A stretch of DNA of 64,000 nucleotides from an uncultured Anaerolineaceae bacterium (GCA_964528155.1 CAZGRL010000003.1:37036-101035); one strand, 5' to 3'. Shown: positions 49,430 through 59,445, counted from the stretch's first letter. The notes: generated by a model from the sequence alone, not told the origin. A program made the numbers and translations.

Positions 49430-49999
49430 TTATCCGCCTACAGCTTGAAGGGCTTCCTGCAAATCCGATTCCTGGACGAACCCAATCCATTGGCGCAGGA
49501 CCGTGCCTTCTCCATCGAGCAAGAAGATGTGAGGCTGATACTGATATCCGAGGGCTCGCTTGAAGGGCGCCGTCTGCGGATCATCGATGTCCAGGTAGAC
49601 AAAGCCGATCTTGCTCCCCCACTGCTGCTCCAGCCCGTGCACGACGGGCGCCATAGCCTGGCAGGTCGGTCACCAGAACGCGAAGAACTCGACCAGTTGC
49701 GGCTTGCCGGAGGCGAGTACGACGCTCCCCGGATCCGTGGCATGCAGCCCCTTGCGGACAGTCGGAGTCGGCTCCGGCGGGGCCAGACTCGCCTCGGAAG
49801 GGGTCACAATCGGACTTGGGGCAGCCTCGGTCGGGGGGACCAGAGGCAAAGGCGTGGCCGTGTCCGGAGGCGGTTGCTGAACCTGGGTGCTCGGCGGCGG
49901 GCTCGCCAAGCCAGGCGAGCAACCGATGAGCACCAGCGCAGCCAGGACCATGAGACCCGAACGGGTCCAGGTAGGATGAGGCCAGAGGTGTCGTGTCAT
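49430..49999 (-). CDS. Thioredoxin-like lipoprotein; candidate selenoprotein with in-frame UGA at 49670-49672 in W-U-P-T-C
   Basis: Track ORFs 49670-49999 and 49430-49654 share a frame. The readthrough is LVEFFAFW-TGA-PTCQAMAPVVHGLEQQW...IFLLDGEGTV. Signal peptide with lipobox LIGC, then a Pro/Thr linker. Confidence 0.7.
49630..49661 (-). promoter_or_regulatory. Candidate bacterial SECIS hairpin
   Basis: mRNA CCAGGCUAUGGCGCCCGUCGUGCACGGGCUGG. Stem GCCCGU/ACGGGC with apical loop CGUGC starting 21 nt after the UGA. CCAG/CUGG forms a lower stem. Confidence 0.5.
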
Positions 50000-50174
50000 T
50001 CAAGCTTGCCCTCGATACAGAACCCTCTCCCCAAGGACGGCCCTGCGCTGAAGTTTCCAACATGACGAGCCTACCAACCAGGGATTACCGAAAGATTACG
50101 GTTGACGCAGCCCTGGGTGGGATGAGAAGATACGCCTCGCCTATAATCAGGGCTGTGCCGATCCAGAGGTCCGA

Positions 50175-51707
50175 ATGACACGCAAGCTTGTGGAATGCGT
50201 ACCCAACTTCTCCGAAGGTCGACGCGTCGAGGTGGTCGATGCACTGGCTGGAGTCGTGGGGAGGACCCCGGGCGTCTACCTGCTCGATCGGCATTCCGAC
50301 GCCGACCACAACCGATCGGTCCTCACCTTCGCCGGCGAGCCACAGGCAGTCAGCGATGCGGCCTTCAAGGCAATCGCCCTGGCGGCGCAGAAGATCGACC
50401 TGGACAAGCATACGGGGGAACATCCCCGCATCGGCGCAACCGACGTGGTCCCCTTCGTCCCGCTCGGCGATACCACAATGGACGAATGCGTCGAATTGGC
50501 GCGCCGACTTGGGCGGCGCGTCGGTGACGAACTGGGAATCCCGGTTTATCTGTATGAGGCCGCCGCCACTCGCCCGGATCGGGTGAATCTGGCAGACATT
50601 CGCCGGGGGGAGTACGAAGCGCTGAAGCAATCGATCGCCTCCGATCCGGATCGCCGACCCGACTTCGGCCCGGCCAGGATCGGCCCGGCAGGCGCCACAG
50701 TGATCGGCGCCAGGCAGTTCCTGATCGCTTTCAACGTTTACCTGGCGACGGATGACGTGTCGATCGCCAAGGCGATCGCCAAGGCTGTCCGTACATCGTC
50801 GGGCGGTCTGCCATCCGTCAAGGCGCTCGGTTTGCTGGTCGAGGGGCTGGCACAGGTCTCGATGAATCTCACCGACTTCACGCAGACCTCTGTGCCACGT
50901 GTGGTCGAAGCCATACGACAAGAGGCCGTCCGGCGAGGCACGTCGATCCATCACTCCGAACTCGTCGGTCTGATCCCTCAGGCAGCCATCGTCGAAACAG
51001 CCCGCTGGTACTTGCAGCTCGATCGGTTCGCTTCCGAGCAGGTGCTCGAGACAAAGTTGTACGACGCGCTGGCGACACAAGCCGAAGACGAGAAGTCGTT
51101 CCTGGAGCAACTGGCGGAGGGAACACCGACTCCCGGCGGCGGATCCGCCGCGGCCCAGGCTGGGACAATGGCTGCAGCTCTCGTCTCCATGGTGGCTCGC
51201 CTGACCGTGGGGAAGAAGAAATATGCCGAGGTTGAAAGCCGTGTGCAGCAGATCATCGAACAATCCGAGGCCATGCGGAGTGAGCTATCGGAGGCCGTGG
51301 CGGCGGACGCGCACGCGTTCGACGGCGTGATGCAGGCCATGCGCATGCCGCACGATTCGCCCGAGGAAGAGGCGGCCAGGGCTGAAGCCATGGAGCGGGC
51401 GATGCACCAGGCGGCCGCCGTACCGTTGGAAGTCGCCCGACGGGCGAGGAAGCTCATCGACCTCGCCGCGGAATTGGCCGAGATTGGAAACGTCAATGCC
51501 ATTACCGACGCCGCTTCCGGCGCGGCGATGGCGCGGGCCGCCCTGCGTGCGGCAAGCCTCAATGTCAAGATCAACGCTTCTGGGATTTCCGATCAGGTAG
51601 CCGCCCGCACGTGGCTCAGCCAACTGACGGAGTTGGAGCATCAGGCTTTCGCCGCCGAAGCCCGCCTCCACGAGGCGCTACGCCAGAGGGCCAATCTCGA
51701 GCTGTAA
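50175..51707 (+). CDS. ftcD: Fused glutamate formimidoyltransferase / formimino-THF cyclodeaminase
   Basis: 510 aa. N-terminal LVECVPNFSEGRR. The C-terminal helical cyclodeaminase domain has GTPTPGGGSAAAQAG. Confidence 0.85.
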   Translation: MTRKLVECVPNFSEGRRVEVVDALAGVVGRTPGVYLLDRHSDADHNRSVLTFAGEPQAVSDAAFKAIALAAQKIDLDKHTGEHPRIGATDVVPFVPLGDTTMDECVELARRLGRRVGDELGIPVYLYEAAATRPDRVNLADIRRGEYEALKQSIASDPDRRPDFGPARIGPAGATVIGARQFLIAFNVYLATDDVSIAKAIAKAVRTSSGGLPSVKALGLLVEGLAQVSMNLTDFTQTSVPRVVEAIRQEAVRRGTSIHHSELVGLIPQAAIVETARWYLQLDRFASEQVLETKLYDALATQAEDEKSFLEQLAEGTPTPGGGSAAAQAGTMAAALVSMVARLTVGKKKYAEVESRVQQIIEQSEAMRSELSEAVAADAHAFDGVMQAMRMPHDSPEEEAARAEAMERAMHQAAAVPLEVARRARKLIDLAAELAEIGNVNAITDAASGAAMARAALRAASLNVKINASGISDQVAARTWLSQLTELEHQAFAAEARLHEALRQRANLEL

Positions 51708-51726
51708 CCCCCTTCAAAGCGACGCC

Positions 51727-53391
51727 CTACCACCCGCTGGCGGCAAACAACGTCTCCAGAAAGCTCCTCCGCTCGTCCGGCGTCATCGGCCTGGGCTGGG
51801 CATAGTTCTCCAGATAAGCCGTCAACAGCTCGGTCCCGATGTGTCTGCCATCATAGAAGACGTAGCGGTCGATGAACTCCTGACGGGTGGGCTCCGACCA
51901 CATCTGGTCGAAGAACAAGTTCCCCAGCCCGTAATGGATGAACGACCCGCTGTAGAACTCAAACCCTTGAGGCTGGTGGGCCTGGCTCCCGCTGACGATC
52001 ACCGCACCGGCATCGACAGCCTCCCGGAAACCGGCAACCTGGTCGGGAAGCGGTGAAGACCGGTAGGACTCGGGCCACTGGAAGGTGAAGACTGTGATGT
52101 AGCCCTGCGCCCGCAGGTCCGCCAGCTCGCCGTACAGGCGCCCAAAGTCGCAAGGCGTGGAGCCGGGCGAGGTGGCCGTCGCCCAGTCGAAGGATGGTCC
52201 AGCAGGATTGCATCCAAGGAAGGCGAAGCGATTCCCGTGGTCCTCCAGCAGGGCTGGCTGCATGGACGCCTCAAGATTCTCCCCACCCCCGAACGTCGCC
52301 CATCCAAGCTGGCGATACAGATCAAGTGAGTAAAGCATGGCCGGTTGGCCCCAATCGATCAGGTGATTCCCGGTCAGCTCGACGACGTCTACTCCCACGT
52401 CTTCAAGCAGTTGGATGTAGTTCGGCGCGCTGCAGAAACGCATGTTGGCCGGGCTCGGGTCCGCCGGCGGGCATGTCTCGGAGAAGGACACCTCATTGCT
52501 CACATGAGTGATATCGGCCTGCCGCAGCCAGTCTCCGACGAGCTCGCCAGGAAAATCCACGCCCTGCAGGTCCATCATCCAGGCTGTGGCGCGCGTCAAG
52601 GCCGTCACCCCCGTGATCACGACCACACTCAACCGTTCCGGGTCGCGATTCGATGCCGGCCAGTTGAGTCGCGCCTGCACGGCTTCGATCGCCGCCGGAT
52701 CGCCACTCAGACCAAGAGGGATTGCCAGGGGGTACGCGTCGGGTGTGAAGTCCTTATGGAGTGGGGACTGACCATCCACCTCCAGGACCTTCCAACGCGG
52801 GTCGAGGGCTTCGAAGGGAACGAGCGCTCTTGAGGGTCGCGCGGCCCAGGCGCGATCGATCAATTCGGTTTCACCCTCGACGTCCTGTAGTCCGCTCCCT
52901 GGGTCTCCGAGTTGCGAACGAAGAGCCGCCTCCGTCCGGGGAGTTGTCATCCACGTCTCGGCGCCCTCACCCGGTGCGCCCCACGCCTGACGCAGGTCAT
53001 CGCTCGTGAGGCCGTCTTCGACCGTCGGGAACGGGGCCACGACAGCGTAGATCCACCGGCTGAGCTCCATGTCCGCAAAGGGCTCCACCCTGACCATCGC
53101 CGATGCCGGATCCTCAACCATCAGAAACGACCCCGGCTCGTTCGTCACAAGCGCGCCGACCTGATCTGCCAGCGCCTCCGGCACGCCGGGGGCGATCCAG
53201 ATCGAGATCATCGCCGGCGTCGGGGTCGGCGCTCGGGGTTGGAACGGGGTGAGACTGGGAGTGGGATGGACGATTTCGACTGTCGGCAGCGGCTCCGCCC
53301 CGGATCCGGCGACGGGGGCGCAACCGATCAGGACGGCGGCACAGACAAGCAGGCTTATGCGGGAGCGCACGACGATACCAGATGGGGACAC
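51727..53391 (-). CDS. CapA-family (PGA_cap metallophosphatase-like) lipoprotein
   Basis: 554 aa. Lipobox LIGC, plus VDVVELTGNHLIDWG and VSGSQAHQPQG. Confidence 0.8.
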   Translation of the reverse strand: MSPSGIVVRSRISLLVCAAVLIGCAPVAGSGAEPLPTVEIVHPTPSLTPFQPRAPTPTPAMISIWIAPGVPEALADQVGALVTNEPGSFLMVEDPASAMVRVEPFADMELSRWIYAVVAPFPTVEDGLTSDDLRQAWGAPGEGAETWMTTPRTEAALRSQLGDPGSGLQDVEGETELIDRAWAARPSRALVPFEALDPRWKVLEVDGQSPLHKDFTPDAYPLAIPLGLSGDPAAIEAVQARLNWPASNRDPERLSVVVITGVTALTRATAWMMDLQGVDFPGELVGDWLRQADITHVSNEVSFSETCPPADPSPANMRFCSAPNYIQLLEDVGVDVVELTGNHLIDWGQPAMLYSLDLYRQLGWATFGGGENLEASMQPALLEDHGNRFAFLGCNPAGPSFDWATATSPGSTPCDFGRLYGELADLRAQGYITVFTFQWPESYRSSPLPDQVAGFREAVDAGAVIVSGSQAHQPQGFEFYSGSFIHYGLGNLFFDQMWSEPTRQEFIDRYVFYDGRHIGTELLTAYLENYAQPRPMTPDERRSFLETLFAASGW

Positions 53392-53476
53392 AGTCGGGGA
53401 TTATCCCAGCTTGTCGCGGCCGCGACAATCCCTGGCCGACAAGCGGCGCCCCCGGGAAGCCGCCCTGCGCAAGCCC

Positions 53477-54385
53477 TCAGTCTGAGAGAGCCAGGAACAC
53501 GTCTTCCAGCGTGGGCGTCGTCGGGCGTACCGAGACATCCTGTAGCCCTAGCTCCTTGAGCCGATTCTCAATGATCATCGGCTGCAGATCGGCACGGGAT
53601 ATCGCACGCAGATGATCGCCGGAAAGGCCGGACCGTTGCACCTCGGGGAGCCCCGCCAGAGCATCCAGCGCCTCCACGATCGGCCGCGCATAGACATCCC
53701 ACGCCTTCCCCTGGAAGGCGGTCCGCTTGAGGACGGATGTCGGTTGCATCGCCAGCAGCTTGCCCCTGCGCATGATTCCGACGCGCCCGCAGTACTCGGC
53801 CTCGTCCATGTAATGTGTGGTCACGAAGATCGTGACGTCCTTCTCGGCCATCTCATAAATGAGGTCCCAGAAAGCACGACGCGCCAGCGGATCGACGCCG
53901 CTCGTGGGCTCGTCGAGGAAGAGCAGCGTAGGCTGATGTACAACCGCCGTCGCCAGCGCCAGACGTTGGCGCCAGCCGAGGGGAAGATCGCCGGCGCGCT
54001 CATCCCTCGCATGGGTCAGTCCGACCAGATCCAGGCTGTCCGCCAGGCGCGACCGATCGGTCACACCGTAGACACCCGCGTAGAACTCCAGGTTCTCCCA
54101 CGCCGTCAATTCGTCATACAGCGCGAACTTCTGCGACATGTATCCGACCTGCGGCCGGATGGCTTCCGTCTGCCTGGCGACATCAAGCCCCAAGACCGTC
54201 GCCGTCCCTTCGGTCGGGAGCAGAAGCCCGAGGAGCATGCGTATCGTCGTGGTCTTGCCTGAACCATTCGGCCCAAGGTAGCCGACGACTTCACCCGGCT
54301 CGACCTCGAATGTCACATGATCGACGGCAGTGAACGATCCGAATCGTTTGGTCAACCCATCGACGCGCACGATCGGATCAGGCAT
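53477..54385 (-). CDS. ABC transporter ATP-binding protein (ABC-2 exporter type)
   Basis: Start at ATG 54385 (MPDPIVRVDGLTKRFG). GPNGSGKTT, LFLDEPTSGVD. 8-nt overlap with the upstream ATPase gene. Confidence 0.88.
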   Translation of the reverse strand: MPDPIVRVDGLTKRFGSFTAVDHVTFEVEPGEVVGYLGPNGSGKTTTIRMLLGLLLPTEGTATVLGLDVARQTEAIRPQVGYMSQKFALYDELTAWENLEFYAGVYGVTDRSRLADSLDLVGLTHARDERAGDLPLGWRQRLALATAVVHQPTLLFLDEPTSGVDPLARRAFWDLIYEMAEKDVTIFVTTHYMDEAEYCGRVGIMRRGKLLAMQPTSVLKRTAFQGKAWDVYARPIVEALDALAGLPEVQRSGLSGDHLRAISRADLQPMIIENRLKELGLQDVSVRPTTPTLEDVFLALSD

Positions 54386-55310
54386 CGGTCTCTTCCAGCA
54401 GCTCGATGAACACGTCTTCGATAGTCGGCGGTGACGTCTCCATCCGACCGACAGTGGCTCCCATACCGACCATCGCCTCCTCCAGGCGTGAGCAGATATC
54501 GGCCGAGACCGGGTCCGAAAGACGCAGCCGCAAACGGTCCCCGAAGGCGTGCGCCGATTCGACCTCCGGATCATCGCGGGCGACGCGCTCGAGGATCGCA
54601 CGGGGACCGCCTTCCACTTCGAGAATCCTGTCTTGCAATCGGGCTTCGATCCCCTGGGGTGAGCCCTCGACCATCAGCTTGCCGCGGTTGAGAAAACCCA
54701 ATCGACTGCAGCGCGCCGCCTCATCCATGTAGGGTGTGCTGATCAACACGGCCACGCCTTCACGCAGCAGACGAAAGAGCAATTGCCAGAACGCCTGCCG
54801 CGTCACCGGATCGACACCGCCGGTCGGTTCGTCGAGCAGCAAGACCTGCGGGCGGTGGATCAGCGCAGCCGCCAGACCCAGTTTCTGTCGCATCCCACCC
54901 GATAGTGCTTCTGCCCGACGGTCGGCGAATTCGTCCAGGCCGACGAACGTCAGGATCTCCCGCGCCCGAGGAAGCCACTCGTTCCGCCCCAACCCACGCA
55001 CTTCCGCGAAGAAGCGCAAGTTCTCCATAGCCGTGAGTTCGCCGTACAGGCTGAAACGTTGAGGGAGATAGCCGATCCGCTCTCGCACCAGTTCGGGCTT
55101 GTCGGCCAAATCCATCCCGGCGATCGTCACCTGGCCGGAGTCGGCGCGCAGCGCCCCGCATAACAGCCGCATCGTCGTGGTCTTCCCGGCGCCATCCGGA
55201 CCGACCAGGCCGTAAATCTCCCCCTCCGACACCGAGAAGGAGAGCCCGTCAACGGCGCGCGTGTCGCCGAAGGCACGACTCAGGTCGTGGACCTCGATCA
55301 GCTTCTGCAT
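54378..55310 (-). CDS. ABC transporter ATP-binding protein (second ATPase of the same exporter)
   Basis: Start at ATG 55310 (MQKLIEVHDLSRAFG). GPDGAGKTT, LSGGMRQK, LLLDEPTGGVD. Confidence 0.88.
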   Translation of the reverse strand: MQKLIEVHDLSRAFGDTRAVDGLSFSVSEGEIYGLVGPDGAGKTTTMRLLCGALRADSGQVTIAGMDLADKPELVRERIGYLPQRFSLYGELTAMENLRFFAEVRGLGRNEWLPRAREILTFVGLDEFADRRAEALSGGMRQKLGLAAALIHRPQVLLLDEPTGGVDPVTRQAFWQLLFRLLREGVAVLISTPYMDEAARCSRLGFLNRGKLMVEGSPQGIEARLQDRILEVEGGPRAILERVARDDPEVESAHAFGDRLRLRLSDPVSADICSRLEEAMVGMGATVGRMETSPPTIEDVFIELLEETDA

Positions 55311-55397
55311 GACAGTCCCGTCGCTGCGAGGAGAGATACGACCTTCGATCCCCGAAGTGAACACGGTGGACGTATCGTACGCATGAGCGCCATACCC

Positions 55398-56555
55398 TCA
55401 GTCCAGACGTTTGCGGAAGCGCAGCGCGGCCGCGGCCATGACCACCGCCCCAAAAATCGCCAGAGCGACGATCTCCGATATCAGACTTCCGGCGCCGACT
55501 CCTTTTAGCAGAACCGAGCGGATGATGATCAGGTAGTAGCGCAAGGGGATGACATATGAGATGACTCGCAGAACCGGCGGCATGGCGGCGAGCGGGAAGA
55601 AGAAGCCGGACAGAAAGACCGTGGGCAGCAGGGTGAACCAGCTCAGCATCATCGCCTCCTGCTGGGTCCGGGCCACAGTCGAAATGAACAGTCCGATACC
55701 GAGCGATCCGACCAGGAACAGCGCTGTCAGCGCCAGCAGCAAGCTCAGGCTCCCCCGGATGGGTACGCCAAACCACAGGGTTCCGACGACCAGGATCTCC
55801 AGCGTGTCGAAGAAGGCGATGATGACATAGGGGATCATCTTGCCGAGGATGAGCTCCCCCGAGCGAAGCGGGGTGACGATGAGTTGTTCGATCGTCCCCC
55901 GTTCGCGCTCGCGGACGATGGCGGTTGCCGTCAACATGGCGGTCATCAGCTGCAGGATCATCCCGATCAAGGCCGGAACCATAAAGAAAGCGCTGACCAT
56001 GTCCGGGTTGTACCAGACCTGGGCACGCACTTCGAGGGAGGGCTGGAACTGGCTCAGGATCCCGCGCTGAGCGAGTCGTTCGACGGTTATCTCGGTCGAA
56101 TGCGCCTGACCGATCAGCTCGGCGGCAGCGAAGCTGGTCGAAGCGACGTTGGGGTCCGATCCGTCGAGGACGAAGGCGACGGTAGCCGTCCTCCCGGCGG
56201 CGATCTTCTGTCCGTAGTCGGGTGGGATGACCATACCGGCCAGCGCGTCACCGTCATCGATCAGCGCGCGCATTTCGGCTTCGGAGCCCACCGTTTGAAT
56301 CACTCGGAAGTAGTCGGCCGACAGATATGCATCGATCAATCGTCGGGCGGCCGGGCCCCGATCCTGATCAAACACCGCCAGCGGCACATTGCGGACATCG
56401 GTCGTCGCCGTGTATCCCAGCAGGAAGAGCTGGATCACCGGGATGGCGAAGGTGAAGTACAACGTACGCGGATCGCGCACGATCTGGATGAATTCCTTAC
56501 GGACGAGCGAAACGAGGCGGTTATTGATCATAGCTGGCTCGATATTGCGGCTCAT
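55398..56555 (-). CDS. ABC-2 type transporter permease
   Basis: 385 aa. N-terminal TM helix, large extracytoplasmic loop, and 5 C-terminal TM helices. Confidence 0.85.
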   Translation of the reverse strand: MSRNIEPAMINNRLVSLVRKEFIQIVRDPRTLYFTFAIPVIQLFLLGYTATTDVRNVPLAVFDQDRGPAARRLIDAYLSADYFRVIQTVGSEAEMRALIDDGDALAGMVIPPDYGQKIAAGRTATVAFVLDGSDPNVASTSFAAAELIGQAHSTEITVERLAQRGILSQFQPSLEVRAQVWYNPDMVSAFFMVPALIGMILQLMTAMLTATAIVRERERGTIEQLIVTPLRSGELILGKMIPYVIIAFFDTLEILVVGTLWFGVPIRGSLSLLLALTALFLVGSLGIGLFISTVARTQQEAMMLSWFTLLPTVFLSGFFFPLAAMPPVLRVISYVIPLRYYLIIIRSVLLKGVGAGSLISEIVALAIFGAVVMAAAALRFRKRLD

Positions 56556-56603
56556 GCATGACGGGTCGTCGGGGACGGGATGACGGCGAGCAGGTCGCCA
56601 TCG

Positions 56604-57356
56604 TCACGGACGATCACTTTCCAGACCAGCGCGGGAGGACCCGGTCGGAGACCTCTCAGCCGACCCGTGACGAGCGTCTGTATCGCTCGGGTCCCCGAGG
56701 ACCCCGGACAAGAAGATGTCGGCGAAGGCAGCCAGATCGGCCGGATCGTCGCGAAAGCTGACGGTCCCGCCCAGGATCGTGACCGTGATGGCGTAGGACA
56801 TGAAGAGACCGAAGAAGGCTCTGGCCAGGATGATATCGGGGTAGCGGCGCACGGAAGGATCAGCCTGCTTGAGCCGTTGGACAAAGTCAAGCAGTTGGGG
56901 GAGAAAGCGTCCGACCAGGGCGCTGGCGTGGCGGCCTTGAAACTCGATGAGCTCAATGAACATCAGCCGCAGGTTGTCGAACTGGTTCACCATAGCCGAT
57001 CGCATGCGCTGGACCGCGTCGTGGGTGAGCTCACGCGCATTTCGGCCCTGGGCTGCTTTCAAGGCCCCCAGAACGGCGTGATGCGGCACTCGATCGGAGA
57101 GGAGATCGACGAAGAGGGCTTCTTTCCCCTGAAAGTGATTGTAGATCGCGGCCGGCGTGATACCCGCCCGGCCGGCCACCTGGCGCATCGACGTGCCATG
57201 GTAGCCCTGTTCGAGGAAGAGCTGGAAGGCAGCCTCAAGAATCACCTCGCGGGTACTTGGACCGTGCGCGTTCCCTCTTGCCACCGTCGCCCCTGCCCCA
57301 TCTTGTAGATAAACGGACGTTCGTTCGTTGGGTCCAGTGTAGGGCCCCTCTCGCAC
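56604..57356 (-). CDS. TetR-family transcriptional regulator
   Basis: REVILEAAFQLFLEQGYHGTSMRQVAGRAGITPAAIYNHF. The true start is probably internal to the 250-aa ORF. Confidence 0.8.
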   Translation of the reverse strand: MREGPYTGPNERTSVYLQDGAGATVARGNAHGPSTREVILEAAFQLFLEQGYHGTSMRQVAGRAGITPAAIYNHFQGKEALFVDLLSDRVPHHAVLGALKAAQGRNARELTHDAVQRMRSAMVNQFDNLRLMFIELIEFQGRHASALVGRFLPQLLDFVQRLKQADPSVRRYPDIILARAFFGLFMSYAITVTILGGTVSFRDDPADLAAFADIFLSGVLGDPSDTDARHGSAERSPTGSSRAGLESDRP

Positions 57357-57423
57357 CCTGTCAAGAAATAAAAGCCCGGCCGGATTGGCACCCGACCGGG
57401 CGATCTATCCGCATGGCAACCCC

Positions 57424-57648
57424 TCAGTCGCCACCCCCCAGCTCGCTGACTTGCTTCATCAACCCTAACAACAGAAGCCCCAGCCGGATGCCTTCCCCCG
57501 CTCCCAACCTGAGCTGGCCACCTTCGCGTTCGGCCCGCTGAGTCAGCAGATAGGCCATCCCCACACCAAAGAACGCTCCGAAGAGCCCCCCGGCCAGGAT
57601 CACGCGCCCCTTCCAGTTTTGGTCCTTTTCCATGCCAGCTATCCTCAC
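57424..57648 (-). CDS. Small membrane protein, unknown function
   Basis: 74 aa, one or two hydrophobic helices, 4-nt overlap with the upstream ORF. Confidence 0.4.
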   Translation of the reverse strand: MRIAGMEKDQNWKGRVILAGGLFGAFFGVGMAYLLTQRAEREGGQLRLGAGEGIRLGLLLLGLMKQVSELGGGD

Positions 57649-58088
57649 TCAGCGCGGAAAATCGATGTCACCGAGTCAACCCCGGCTCGCAACGAGGCCC
57701 ATACACCCTTGGCCGAGACGATCGGCCGCGCCGCCAAATCCGCTCCGCGCCGCACACCAGACCGAACCCTGAGCAATACCTCCCACCCCTTGCGGATCGG
57801 TCCCGGCAACCAGCCGATCAGATAGCCCAGCCCGACGGCCAGCGCGATGCAGGCCAGTGTGAAGAGGAATCCCAGCAGGATCACAGGGATCAGCAGGAAC
57901 ACTGTCGAGGCGTCGGCCCAGGCACCGGCCGAGCCGACGGCGCCCCTACGCAGGAGTAGCACCAGCCCGATCAGCACCAACAGGCCGACAAAAAGCGGCA
58001 CATAGATCTGCAACCAGACCTGTCGCAAGTATCGGGGTGATGGTTTCGGTCGAGGTTCGCTCGAAAGCCAAGTGCTGCGCGGTTGCAT
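57645..58088 (-). CDS. Membrane protein, unknown function
   Basis: 147 aa with 3 predicted TM helices. Confidence 0.5.
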   Translation of the reverse strand: MQPRSTWLSSEPRPKPSPRYLRQVWLQIYVPLFVGLLVLIGLVLLLRRGAVGSAGAWADASTVFLLIPVILLGFLFTLACIALAVGLGYLIGWLPGPIRKGWEVLLRVRSGVRRGADLAARPIVSAKGVWASLRAGVDSVTSIFRAE

Positions 58089-58233
58089 GATGGATTTATT
58101 GTAGCATGCATGCTGCGCGCGCAGATTGCCGGGGTGCCGAGACGGCCGGCCTCAGGCCCGTCTGTCGGACCACTCTCCCACTTTCAGCGGTACGGGGCCT
58201 GGGTTAGAATGATCACGGAACAGGAGGTTTCTC

Positions 58234-59445
58234 ATGAGCGACTTACCGGGAAGAGGGCTTGTCGCCTGCTTGAAGACCAATCCCGAGACCGTTCTCGACG
58301 ACACCGACAAAGTGATGCGCCTGGCCGGATTCGAAGCCGCGCTTCCTAGGGGCGTAACCACCGGCCTCAAGATCAATATCTCCTGGCAAACGTGGTATCC
58401 AGCCTGCTCGTCCGAGCCGTGGCAGATCGAAGGCGCAATTCGGACGCTGCAGTCGGCCGGATACACCGACCTGATCGGGGTTCACAACGACACCGTCGTC
58501 GTCGACACTTCGGTCGGGGAGTTCAACAACAAGCACCGTTTTGTGACGGACAAATACGGTGTCCCGTGTGTTTATCTCTATGAAGAGAACTTTGAGTGGT
58601 TCGAGTACAAGCCGAAGCGTCCGTTCCTGGTCCTGGACAAAGTCTATCCCGACGGCGTGTTCATCCCAAAGGCGATCGTCGGCCTCAACATGGTTCACCT
58701 GCCGACCATCAAAACCCACGTGTTCACGACGATAACGGGGGCGATGAAAAACGCTTTCGGCGGACTGCTTCACCGCAACCGTCACTGGACGCACGCGGTG
58801 ATCCACGACACCCTGGTCGACCTGTTGATGATCCAGCAGGACATCCATCCGGGACTGTTCGCGTTGATGGATGGAACATTCGCCGGAGACGGCCCCGGGC
58901 CGCGGGCGATGCGCTGGCACGAGAAAGACATCCTGCTCGCCTCGGCCGATCAAGTGGCCATCGACGCCGTGTCCGCAAAGCTCCAGGGCTTCGATCCGAT
59001 GAGCCTCCGCTTCATCCGCAAGGCGCACGAAGCCGGAATGGGAGTAGGCGACCCGCGCCAGATCAAGATCGTTGGCTACGACATCGAACAGGAACCGGAC
59101 TGGGGGTTCCGCCAGGAGGACACCTTCGCCAGCCGCGGCCAGAAGATGATCTATCACGGTCCGCTGAAGCCGTTCGAGAAGCTTCTGCTGCAGAGCCCGC
59201 TTGTTCCCTGGTCGTATTTCGCCAGCAACTTCTATCACAATGTGTATTGGTATCCCTTCGTGGGACGCAAGCGGGTCGAGGCCGCGTTGGCGACGAAGTG
59301 GGGGCGGCTTTTCAAGGAGTATGGGAACGGCCAGGTCGTGATGCCCGGAATGGAGCCCAAGACCGTGGTCCAGGCTGCCATCGGCACGCTGGTGATGGCC
59401 GGGCTCGTGATCGGAGGCCTGAGTCTTCTCCGACGCCGCGGATGA
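58234..59445 (+). CDS. DUF362 domain protein with a C-terminal TM anchor
   Basis: 403 aa. AGGAGG lies before the ATG. KINISW...SSEPW, and THVFTTITGAMKNAFGG typical of DUF362. Confidence 0.75.
   Translation: MSDLPGRGLVACLKTNPETVLDDTDKVMRLAGFEAALPRGVTTGLKINISWQTWYPACSSEPWQIEGAIRTLQSAGYTDLIGVHNDTVVVDTSVGEFNNKHRFVTDKYGVPCVYLYEENFEWFEYKPKRPFLVLDKVYPDGVFIPKAIVGLNMVHLPTIKTHVFTTITGAMKNAFGGLLHRNRHWTHAVIHDTLVDLLMIQQDIHPGLFALMDGTFAGDGPGPRAMRWHEKDILLASADQVAIDAVSAKLQGFDPMSLRFIRKAHEAGMGVGDPRQIKIVGYDIEQEPDWGFRQEDTFASRGQKMIYHGPLKPFEKLLLQSPLVPWSYFASNFYHNVYWYPFVGRKRVEAALATKWGRLFKEYGNGQVVMPGMEPKTVVQAAIGTLVMAGLVIGGLSLLRRRG

Noticed and set aside
50085-51263. 392-aa minus-strand ORF
   Set aside because: It is antisense to the well-supported FTCD gene and has no motifs.
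58596-59441. N-terminal 282-aa extension of the flippase-like ORF (track 58596-60416)
   Set aside because: The extension overlaps the DUF362 gene in another frame and is Arg/Pro/Gly-rich. A proper ATG at 59442 overlaps the DUF362 stop and starts a typical membrane N-terminus.
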